The notes below the pieces were generated by a model. It was not told where the DNA came from and made no database searches. It saw only the letters and a list, made by a program, of their open reading frames with translations. A stretch of DNA of 32,000 nt from Halomonadaceae bacterium KBTZ08 (GTDB lineage Bacteria > Pseudomonadota > Gammaproteobacteria > Pseudomonadales > Oleiphilaceae). Positions 10,923-19,109 of this stretch are shown piece by piece (the first letter of the stretch is position 1; each line of letters opens with the position of its first letter). The position numbers and the translations under genes were made by a program. Location: positions 2,638,987 through 2,670,986 of the forward strand of contig CP182108.1 in the NCBI GenBank assembly GCA_048013405.1, read 5' to 3'.

Positions 10923-11064
10923 GTTAGCCGCGTGCCCGAGTGGCGCAATCTGGGGTCTGGAACTTGTCAGCCCAGGAGAACCGGTTTCTATCCACGCGCC
11001 CGCGTGGGGCGCGACTGGGCGGCTATAACCGCCGCTGCAAGGGAATCAAGGTTTCTATCCACGC
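10923..11064 (-). CRISPR. Remnant (trailer end) of a type I-C-like CRISPR array: degenerate terminal repeat, 33-nt spacer, intact 32-nt repeat, 35-nt spacer, then a repeat truncated after 14 nt by the IS
   Basis: The intact repeat at 10984-11015 reads GTCGCGCCCCACGCGGGCGCGTGGATAGAAAC on the minus strand, a near match to the classical I-C repeat GTCGCGCCCCGCACGGGCGCGTGGATTGAAAC. Positions 11051-11064 repeat the first 14 nt (plus-strand reading) exactly, then diverge into the IS end. Positions 10923-10950 (GTTAGCCGCGTGCCCGAGTGGCGCAATC) are a decayed copy. The 67-nt period (32+35) is typical of I-C. Confidence 0.8.
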
Positions 11065-11115
11065 TGTTAGTGGCCAATTAAAATGACCCACTACTGGCCA
11101 TTAATTTTGACCCAC
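11065..11115 (+). repeat. IS21 left terminal inverted repeat region with two transposase-binding-type subrepeats
   Basis: TGTTAG + TGGCCAATTAAAATGACCCAC (11071-11091) + TAC + TGGCCATTAATTTTGACCCAC (11095-11115). Confidence 0.7.
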
Positions 11116-11179
11116 CTCCGGGTGGCCGTCAGGCCACAGAACCAGCTACTGTCCTCCGCTTTTGTTAATGGCCGAGGGC

Positions 11180-12709
11180 ATGTCAGTGAAGGAGTGGGTT
11201 GTGATACACAAGATCAAGGCATTGCACGACAACGGCCAGGGCCTGTCGATCCGCGCCATCAGCCAGGAGCTGGGCGTATCCCGCAACACCGTGCGTAAGT
11301 ACCTGCGCATGGACGAGAGCGCGATCGGTCACCAACTGGACGATCCCGCCCGTACCAAGCGACTGGATGATTACCGGGATTATCTCGTTTATTTATTGGG
11401 CGAGTTTCCCAAGCTCAGTGCCGTCAAGATTGCCCGTAAGCTTCGGGCCAAGGTTGGGGAGCTGCCGGTATCGGATCGCTCCATACGCCGCTACGTGCAC
11501 ACACTCAAGGACGAAGTGGCTGTGGCCCAGCTGCGCTACTATGAGCCCATCGTGGACGATGTGGCGGGGGTTCAGTGCCAGGTGGATCCCGGTGAGTTGC
11601 GCGGGGTGTTGATCGGTGGTGAAGAACGCACACTGCACTTTGTGGTGTTCGTGCTGTCCTACTCGCGGTTGATGTACGTGGGCCTGGTCTTTCGCCCGCT
11701 GGATACGCAGACCTTTATCCAGCTCCACGATGAGGCCCTGCGTTACTTCGGTGGCCTGCCCGAGGAGTGCGTTTACGATCAGACCAAGCTGGTGGTGATC
11801 AACGAACAGTACCGCGAGCTCACCCTCAACCAGCGCTTCCACGAGTACGCCACTGCGGCCGGGTACCGGATCCATGCCTGTGAAGGCTATGACCCGGAGA
11901 GCAAGGGCAAGGTGGAGTCCGGCGTGAACTACGTCAAGCAGGATTGTCTCTACGGGGAAGTCTTCCGGGATCAGGCGCATGTGCGCGAGCACGTGCAGGA
12001 CTGGCTTGAGAGCGTGGCCAATGTGCGGATCCACGGCACCACCGGGGAGCCGCCCCGGGAGCGCTTTGAGCGCGACGAACGCCAGCACCTGAAGGCCTAT
12101 CTCGCACCGGCTTGCGTGCACTCAGTGGCCCGCCAGACCCGCCGCGCCGACAAGACGGGCCTGATCGCGTGGAAGGCCAATAAGTACTCGGTGCCCATGG
12201 CCTGGCAACAGGCGCGGGTGGGCGTTGTGGCCTCCGACGACGGCCAGCTCCACATCAGCGATCTGAATACGGGCGAGGTTATTGCCAGTCACACCCTGTC
12301 CGCCGACAAAGGTCGGATCATCAAGAACAACCACCACTACCGGGATCATGAGCAACGTCTGGATAAGCTGGAAGCCGACATTCGTGAACAGCTCGGCCAA
12401 GAGACAGGGCAGCGGTTGTGCCAGCAGCTCAAACGCTCTGGGCCCCGGATTTACAAGGATCAGCTGGTGGCGGCCAGGGAGCTGCTCAGCCACCACGCCC
12501 CCGTGGATCCCCAGTTGATCATGACGGTGGCCGATCGCCCCGGCATGACCGCCACGCGTTTGAGACGCTATCTGGAGGCGGCCGAGGCGGCCACCCAGCG
12601 CCAGCGAGAGCCGGAACCGGTTCCGGGGGCCGGTCAGGCACTGGATCTGAGCGCTTACCAGCAGCTTGGCCACTCCAGCGGCCAGGAGGTAACCCATGAG
12701 CCAGCTTGA
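11180..12709 (+). CDS. istA: IS21-family transposase IstA (HTH + DDE integrase core)
   Basis: ORF 11162..12709. N-terminal HTH ..GLSIRAISQELGVSRNTVRKYL.., a DDE-type core (..CQVDPGE.., ..VYDQTKLVV.., ..PESKGKVE..) and the IstA C-terminal region. The start is uncertain: ATG 11168, ATG 11180, or GTG 11201, which has an AAGGAG 6 nt upstream. Confidence 0.9.
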   Translation: MSVKEWVVIHKIKALHDNGQGLSIRAISQELGVSRNTVRKYLRMDESAIGHQLDDPARTKRLDDYRDYLVYLLGEFPKLSAVKIARKLRAKVGELPVSDRSIRRYVHTLKDEVAVAQLRYYEPIVDDVAGVQCQVDPGELRGVLIGGEERTLHFVVFVLSYSRLMYVGLVFRPLDTQTFIQLHDEALRYFGGLPEECVYDQTKLVVINEQYRELTLNQRFHEYATAAGYRIHACEGYDPESKGKVESGVNYVKQDCLYGEVFRDQAHVREHVQDWLESVANVRIHGTTGEPPRERFERDERQHLKAYLAPACVHSVARQTRRADKTGLIAWKANKYSVPMAWQQARVGVVASDDGQLHISDLNTGEVIASHTLSADKGRIIKNNHHYRDHEQRLDKLEADIREQLGQETGQRLCQQLKRSGPRIYKDQLVAARELLSHHAPVDPQLIMTVADRPGMTATRLRRYLEAAEAATQRQREPEPVPGAGQALDLSAYQQLGHSSGQEVTHEPA

Positions 12710-13436
12710 GCAGACCGTGGCCCGTTACCGCAGCCTGCGCCTGAGCGCGGCGGCGGACGAACTGACAAGCCTGTTGGCGCAAGCGGAAGCCAACGAGATG
12801 TCGTATCTGAGCTTCGCCGACCGGCTTGCCGAACACGAGCTGATCCAGCGACAGGACAAGCGGATCCGGCGCAATCGCAAAATGGCGGCCTTCCCCGCTG
12901 ACAAGCACCTGGAGGGGTTCGATTACCGCTACCAGACCACCATCACCAAGCGCCAGGTCAACGCCCTGCTGGACTTCCAGTTCATCGATGAGCGCAACAA
13001 CCTGGTGTTCATCGGCCCGCCCGGCGTGGGCAAGACCCACCTGGCCATCGGCATCGGCCACAAGGCCGTGGAGGCCGGCTACCGGGTCCTGTTCCGCAAC
13101 GCCCTGGATCTGGTCGAAGAGCTGGAGCTGGCCGAGATGAAGGGCGAGCTCAAAAAGCGGGTCAGCCAGCTGGCCAAGTACGACCTGTTGATCATCGATG
13201 AGCTGGGCTATCTGCCGATGACCCGCCAGGCAAGGTACAACCTGTTCCAGCTGATCAACAGCCTGTACGAGTACCGCTCGATCATCCTGACCACCAACAA
13301 GGACTTCACCAGCTGGGGCGAGTTCTTCCACGACGACAACGTGGCGGTACCGGTCATCGACCGGGTCATCCACCATTCACACATCTTTATGCTGGGAGGA
13401 GAAAGCTATCGGCTGAAGCAGAAAACCAAGACCTAG
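12696..13436 (+). CDS. istB: IS21-family transposition helper ATPase IstB
   Basis: 246-aa ORF overlapping the istA end. Walker A is GPPGVGKTHLA and Walker B is LLIIDELGY, within a typical IstB/DnaC-like AAA+ sequence. Confidence 0.92.
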   Translation: MSQLEQTVARYRSLRLSAAADELTSLLAQAEANEMSYLSFADRLAEHELIQRQDKRIRRNRKMAAFPADKHLEGFDYRYQTTITKRQVNALLDFQFIDERNNLVFIGPPGVGKTHLAIGIGHKAVEAGYRVLFRNALDLVEELELAEMKGELKKRVSQLAKYDLLIIDELGYLPMTRQARYNLFQLINSLYEYRSIILTTNKDFTSWGEFFHDDNVAVPVIDRVIHHSHIFMLGGESYRLKQKTKT

Positions 13437-13446
13437 ACTATGAAGG

Positions 13447-13500
13447 GTGGGGCAATTTTATTGGCCAAAGGTGGGTCAAAATAGATGGCCATTGACAGCA
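13447..13500 (-). repeat. IS21 right terminal inverted repeat region with two subrepeats
   Basis: The reverse complement reads TGCTGTCAA + TGGCCATCTATTTTGACCCAC (13491-13471) + CTT + TGGCCAATAAAATTGCCCCAC (13467-13447), matching the left-end motifs. Confidence 0.7.
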
Positions 13501-16500
13501 GCGAACGGGCATCCACGATATCTACGGCCTGCAGGAAATTTTCTGAGCTGCCTACGCGGCAGCGAACCCATCCGTGGCGGTCGTTACCCCTGCGGTAGTT
13601 TTCTGAGCTGCCTACGCGGCAGCGAACGGCTCGGAAGAAGTTGCGGGTGATGTGCTTGTTTTCTGAGCTGCCTACGCGGCAGCGAACGCGACAGCTTCCA
13701 GCCTGCGTACAGCGTGGATTTTCTGAGCTGCCTACGCGGCAGCGAACGGTCAGCTCCGCGATTTCCCGGCTGGACATTGTGTTTCTGAGCTGCCTACGCG
13801 GCAGCGAACGTCCAGGATGCCCGCAAGTATGCAGACCTGGATTTCTGAGCTGCCTACGCGGCAGCGAACGGCCAACCTTTGGGGCGAGGACAAGGTCTCT
13901 CTTTTCTGAGCTGCCTACGCGGCAGCGAACAACTTTACGACGCTTTTCGGGAAGGCTCGGAATTTTCTGAGCTGCCTACGCGGCAGCGAACGATATGACG
14001 ATTCAGGATGATGAATCAGTGATTTTCTGAGCTGCCTACGCGGCAGCGAACCGGCTTGTCAAGCTAAAGGCTGGCTACGCAAGTTTCTGAGCTGCCTACG
14101 CGGCAGCGAACTCGTCGTCATCCCAGTTTTTTGCCTGCTCTTTTTTCTGAGCTGCCTACGCGGCAGCGAACCTATGGGATTACGCTACCGCTGCTGTGCT
14201 ACATTTCTGAGCTGCCTACGCGGCAGCGAACTAAGAACTGCGAGGGGTCCGGCCATCTTCTCTGTTTCTGAGCTGCCTACGCGGCAGCGAACCTCGGTGA
14301 TCTTGATATAACGTACTCGGTCCATTTCTGAGCTGCCTACGCGGCAGCGAACGCCCGCCTGATGGGGTTCTATCAGGGTCTGAAGTTTCTGAGCTGCCTA
14401 CGCGGCAGCGAACAAATAATGGCGGACAGAATGATGGAAATGTTCTTTCTGAGCTGCCTACGCGGCAGCGAACCGAAGCATGAGTCAAAACGTATACACC
14501 ACAGTCTTTCTGAGCTGCCTACGCGGCAGCGAACTGCTGCCCATGTTGAGCCATCTGGGGATGATATTTCTGAGCTGCCTACGCGGCAGCGAACCTTAAC
14601 GTACGTTTCAACCGTCTGGTAGGTGTTTTCTGAGCTGCCTACGCGGCAGCGAACCACTCCTTCCGGTTAAGACAACCAGTCGTATATTTCTGAGCTGCCT
14701 ACGCGGCAGCGAACGACCGTCGCGCCCTGGTGCTCGTGTAGCGACTTTTCTGAGCTGCCTACGCGGCAGCGAACGGGCAAGCTCGGAAAGCGCTACTGGG
14801 ATGTATTTTCTGAGCTGCCTACGCGGCAGCGAACGTGGTAATGATCATATTTCATGAGGGGTTACCATTTCTGAGCTGCCTACGCGGCAGCGAACGTCTT
14901 ATGCGGAAAGGCAGCGCCAGAGCGGGGATTTCTGAGCTGCCTACGCGGCAGCGAACAATCACCAACGTCAATCCCGTCGCTGCCACTCTTTTCTGAGCTG
15001 CCTACGCGGCAGCGAACGGTCATCGACAATGAGCGCAGTAAGCCGCTTGATTTCTGAGCTGCCTACGCGGCAGCGAACAAGGAACGGTTTAATAGCGAGG
15101 CCGGCATGACTTTTCTGAGCTGCCTACGCGGCAGCGAACTCGCTTAGACAATGGTTTGTCGACTGCCTCCATTTCTGAGCTGCCTACGCGGCAGCGAACA
15201 TCGAAGACGGCATTATCCGGCGGCTCTCTCGCTTTCTGAGCTGCCTACGCGGCAGCGAACCCGACCTTGGGCGTAGCCTGACAGGGCGTTGTTTTCTGAG
15301 CTGCCTACGCGGCAGCGAACGAAAGAGGGGACGTAAAAACGGCAACCAATCATTTCTGAGCTGCCTACGCGGCAGCGAACAGGGAAACGTGGTCTTTTTT
15401 GAGGCCCGGTAGTTTCTGAGCTGCCTACGCGGCAGCGAACCGCTGATATTTGAAACTTTAGGCGAACTGTTCTTTCTGAGCTGCCTACGCGGCAGCGAAC
15501 AACTTCCTTTGTAATGCCGCCCGCGTTCCTGCTTTCTGAGCTGCCTACGCGGCAGCGAACTGAGCCAGACCCTGAACCTGTTCTTCCTGTTCTTTCTGAG
15601 CTGCCTACGCGGCAGCGAACTGGGACAGTATGACTGTTGCCGCCGCTCGCCATTTCTGAGCTGCCTACGCGGCAGCGAACGGCGAAAAGATGGCGTACAT
15701 GATTACGTACAGTTTCTGAGCTGCCTACGCGGCAGCGAACTTCCCCGACATGGCCACGTCGCCCGGCCAGTATTTCTGAGCTGCCTACGCGGCAGCGAAC
15801 ATCCTTCATAATCTCGTGGATGTCCCGACCTTTTTCTGAGCTGCCTACGCGGCAGCGAACCTGGCAGACGGTTGCAGCTTACGTAAGCTCTGGTTTCTGA
15901 GCTGCCTACGCGGCAGCGAACGAGGAGGCTGTGGCGTGGCGGGTAAGCCACCCGTTTTCTGAGCTGCCTACGCGGCAGCGAACGGATGATGAGGGCTTCA
16001 CGGAATTCGATGCCTTTTCTGAGCTGCCTACGCGGCAGCGAACATCGTCGGCGTCTTGTGCCCAGTCTCGGAGTTTTTCTGAGCTGCCTACGCGGCAGCG
16101 AACGCTGGCTCATTGAGTTTTTAAGCTGGCTGCATTTTCTGAGCTGCCTACGCGGCAGCGAACTTCGGCGAAGTTGCAGCTGCTGATCTATTTTCTTTCT
16201 GAGCTGCCTACGCGGCAGCGAACGATTTGACGGACCTTGGCTGCGTGCTTGCGGATTTTCTGAGCTGCCTACGCGGCAGCGAACAAACCGGCCTGCACGT
16301 CCACCCGGAATACGACTTTTCTGAGCTGCCTACGCGGCAGCGAACGCGGTTTGTAGGCTTAAACTCCCGCGCAGCCGTTTCTGAGCTGCCTACGCGGCAG
16401 CGAACGCGGCGAAAACCTAGTGTTTGGTACCGCGGCATTTCTGAGCTGCCTACGCGGCAGCGAACGCTAACGGCGGCTACCTGTCTGGCAGGTCAGCTTT

Positions 16501-17370
16501 CTGAGCTGCCTACGCGGCAGCGAACCTCAGTTTCCGGGAATCAACTACTGGGCACGATTTCTGAGCTGCCTACGCGGCAGCGAACCCGGGGAAAAGGCGG
16601 AAGCCTCCCCGGAGCGGTTTCTGAGCTGCCTACGCGGCAGCGAACGCAATGGGTACACGCTCGCATGGCGGGCGAATTTTTCTGAGCTGCCTACGCGGCA
16701 GCGAACGCCCGTTCTGTTTTATCAAGGGCATGACCAGCTTTCTGAGCTGCCTACGCGGCAGCGAACACGATCCGACAAACGCCAGCCACCGGGGGGCATT
16801 TCTGAGCTGCCTACGCGGCAGCGAACTTGCGGTACCGGACAAGCTCGCGGGGCGTTATTTTCTGAGCTGCCTACGCGGCAGCGAACACATAGGACCATGG
16901 CCGGAAAAGACGCCTATGCTTTCTGAGCTGCCTACGCGGCAGCGAACGTGGACGCCGACTGGATGCTCGGTCGCCTTAATTTCTGAGCTGCCTACGCGGC
17001 AGCGAACCATAGTCATCCGTGATCTTGCCAAAACTAATATTTCTGAGCTGCCTACGCGGCAGCGAACACTCAGGTTGTAGTTGTTTATGACACATCAGGA
17101 TTTCTGAGCTGCCTACGCGGCAGCGAACAATATGTTTCGCGCCAGCGCGGGCAATATCACTTTTCTGAGCTGCCTACGCGGCAGCGAACATCAACAGCAT
17201 CAACGGGGCGGCGATACAGCTTTTCTGAGCTGCCTACGCGGCAGCGAACATTCACTCGCGTCAGTTCTGCGTATATAGAAACTTTCTGAGCTGCCTACGC
17301 GGCAGCGAACCTGGACGACCAAATCGAAGAGTGGGATCGCCATTTCTGAGCTGCCTACGCGGCAGCGAAC
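13501..17370 (-). CRISPR. Type I-F CRISPR array: 64 identical 28-nt repeats plus a 6-9 nt repeat stump at the IS junction; 64 spacers
   Basis: The plus-strand repeat is TTTCTGAGCTGCCTACGCGGCAGCGAAC. The minus-strand sense is GTTCGCTGCCGCGTAGGCAGCTCAGAAA (compare canonical I-F GTTCACTGCCGTATAGGCAGCTAAGAAA). I located 64 repeat starts by hand, from 13540 to 17343. Periods are 60, 61 or 62 nt (spacers 32-34 nt). The leader-proximal repeat is 17343-17370, next to cas6f. The distal end is cut at 13501-13506 (GCGAAC) by the IS. Confidence 0.97.
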
Positions 17371-17500
17371 TAGAACCGAAAAAGCATAAGTCTCTGATTG
17401 TTAAAGAGCAAGAGCCCAAAAGGCCTCCAAAACCCTTTTTGGAGGCCTTTGTGTAGGTGGTTGATTTTAAAGTTTGTTTTTGAAGCTTCTCAAAAAGGGT
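17371..17500 (-). promoter_or_regulatory. AT-rich CRISPR leader between cas6f and the first repeat, with a candidate sigma70 promoter
   Basis: 130-nt AT-rich spacer. On the minus strand, TTGCTC (17411-17406), 17 nt, then TATGCT (17388-17383) lies 12 nt upstream of the first repeat, downstream of the cas6f terminator hairpin. Confidence 0.5.
17418..17450 (-). terminator. Intrinsic terminator-like hairpin after cas6f
   Basis: A perfect 11-bp stem GGCCTCCAAAA / TTTTGGAGGCC (17422-17432 / 17437-17447) with a 4-nt loop, extended by A:T pairs. On the minus strand it is followed by TTTTGGG. It lies about 50 nt downstream of the cas6f stop. Confidence 0.6.
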
Positions 17501-18064
17501 TCAAAAACAGGGTACCGTTGCATGGTCACTCAGGCCATAAGCGTTAAAGGTGCCAGGCACCGGCTCGTTTTTGGGAGCACTCTGCTCGATAAAACAATGG
17601 AAACGCTGGCGGGTGCTCTGGCTTCGCAGTACAAGAAATGGCAATGACGGGGTTTGTTCCACCTTTGCAGGTATTGCATCAGCCGCCTGTTCATAGGTTT
17701 CATCGTGGCGTTTCATACGCCGTCGCCGCAGTCGTTCCACGTTGGTCTTGAACTGGCGGCGCTTGAAAATACGGTGCTCGGCGTCAGCCGGAACGGGATT
17801 AATACCACTGCTTGCCGTCTGTTCGGAGAGGCCCCGGAGCCAGTCAGTGGCCATCAGGCTCTCCAGTCGCTGTGGCGTTGAGTGCACCCTGAGCACGCTC
17901 CCCAGCGAACGGGGAGCTGTGGAATAGCCAGGGAAGCTGACACCCACGTCGGTCCACTGCTCATTGGCCAGTTGCCGGTGCAGTTTGCTGAAAAGCGCAC
18001 TCATCAGAACCGGCGGCGTGAACTCCGGATCGGGAAGCACCTCAAGCTCAATGTAGTGCGACAT
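17501..18064 (-). CDS. cas6f: Type I-F CRISPR endoribonuclease Cas6f (Csy4)
   Basis: 187 aa. MSHYIELEVLPDPEFTPPVLMSALFSKLHRQL...VGVSFPGY closely parallels the Csy4 N-terminus (MDHYLDIRLRPDPEF..LMS.LF.KLH). It is the last gene before the array. Confidence 0.93.
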   Translation of the reverse strand: MSHYIELEVLPDPEFTPPVLMSALFSKLHRQLANEQWTDVGVSFPGYSTAPRSLGSVLRVHSTPQRLESLMATDWLRGLSEQTASSGINPVPADAEHRIFKRRQFKTNVERLRRRRMKRHDETYEQAADAIPAKVEQTPSLPFLVLRSQSTRQRFHCFIEQSAPKNEPVPGTFNAYGLSDHATVPCF

Positions 18065-19107
18065 TACTCGCCTCCTTCGCCGAATACCCCACCCCGGATC
18101 AGCGTTGCCATCACGAAGTGCTGGTTGCCCGCGTCAGCCGGTTTCTTGTCCTTGAGGATCCAGTTGTCCAGCAGTGAGTAGAAGTCTGCTTTCTGTTTTG
18201 GCTGGCGGTAGGCGGCTCCCTTGGTGGTTACGGAGCCGTAGGGCTCAACAGCGATAGGGCCGACGTCGTCGCCGTTGTCCGTGGGGTACCAGGTGTCGAT
18301 GGTCCTGATGGCGTTGCCAAGTTTCTGGGAGTGGATGCCGGCAATGCCATCAACGCTGTATAGGGTTTTGCTTTTGGTGCGGTTGCCCTGGTTCAGGATG
18401 AGTTCCTGGGAGGGGAAAACTTCCTGGCCATCCCCAATGCGGACGGCTGCACTGATTTCCAGAAGCAAGTGCTCCCGATCTTCCAGGGCCGCCTGGATGT
18501 GCGAGGCCAGTTCGGCAACCTGCTGTTTTTCCGTGTCTTCAACGTTAAAGTTCCGCATGGGGACATTGAAGGCATCAAAGCGCCATTGCTGGCTTCGCTC
18601 TCCTTTCTGGAGCCGACTGACGTCAACCTGGACCTCTTCCGCACCCATGCGATTGCGCCACAGAAAGCGGCCATTGGCCAGGTTGGTCGCATAACGGAAG
18701 GCGAGTGCCTCAAAACCATGCTTATCGCGGTATTCGTTCACAACCTCGCGGAGGCGGTCTTCATAAGGGGCGTTGTTGCAAGCGGAGGGAGTGCCCGTGC
18801 CGCCGAGCACCCTCAGTGTAAAACGCACCACCAGCGTATCGTCTGTGTTGGGAAGGGCGGCTACATCCACGGTTTGCAGGTTGGGGTTCTCGATGTCGGC
18901 ATCGATCTTGGCGGCATCCTGTTGCTTGGCTTTAAGCCGATTGGAAATGGTGCCGCGGACGGATTTCTCCCGGATTGACACGGGTTTCCAGTGCTCTGAA
19001 TGGGCCCGGTCGTCCCAGGTGGTGCTGAACATGAGGCCATCGGAGGGGTCCAGCTTGCGTTCAAACGCGAGGACGGAAGCGGTTTTGAGTGCGTCGTTTT
19101 TAGCCAT
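18064..19107 (-). CDS. csy3: Type I-F Cascade backbone subunit Csy3 (Cas7f)
   Basis: ATG at 19107 (AGGAG 8 nt upstream) gives a 347-aa protein, MAKNDALKTASVLAFERKLDPSDGLMFS.... Position and size fit Csy3. The TAATG overlap with cas6f supports the call. The longer 19251 start would overlap csy2 and is rejected. Confidence 0.9.
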   Translation of the reverse strand: MAKNDALKTASVLAFERKLDPSDGLMFSTTWDDRAHSEHWKPVSIREKSVRGTISNRLKAKQQDAAKIDADIENPNLQTVDVAALPNTDDTLVVRFTLRVLGGTGTPSACNNAPYEDRLREVVNEYRDKHGFEALAFRYATNLANGRFLWRNRMGAEEVQVDVSRLQKGERSQQWRFDAFNVPMRNFNVEDTEKQQVAELASHIQAALEDREHLLLEISAAVRIGDGQEVFPSQELILNQGNRTKSKTLYSVDGIAGIHSQKLGNAIRTIDTWYPTDNGDDVGPIAVEPYGSVTTKGAAYRQPKQKADFYSLLDNWILKDKKPADAGNQHFVMATLIRGGVFGEGGE

Positions 19108-19109
19108 TA

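Larger units (their letters stand above)
11065..13500 (+). mobile_element. Complete IS21-family insertion sequence (istA + istB), about 2.44 kb
   Basis: istA/istB gene pair with a 14-nt overlap. Ends are TG...CA. Each end carries two copies of a 21-nt motif TGGCCA(A/T)T..A(A/T)TTGACCCAC in inverted orientation, the multiple terminal repeats typical of IS21. End positions are ambiguous by about 3 nt at each junction. Confidence 0.9.

Noticed and set aside
11057-13508. Search for a 4-8 bp target-site duplication flanking the IS21 element.
   Set aside because: None was found under any of the plausible end definitions (ends ambiguous by about 3 nt). The absence is reported as part of the junction finding and not as a feature.
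13433-17080. Many 60-200 aa ORFs on both strands with periodic peptides (RCRVGSSE, LPRRQLR, ELPTRQRT, LSCLRGSE).
   Set aside because: They are translations of the 28-nt CRISPR repeat read through the array. The periodicity equals the repeat unit. They are not genes.
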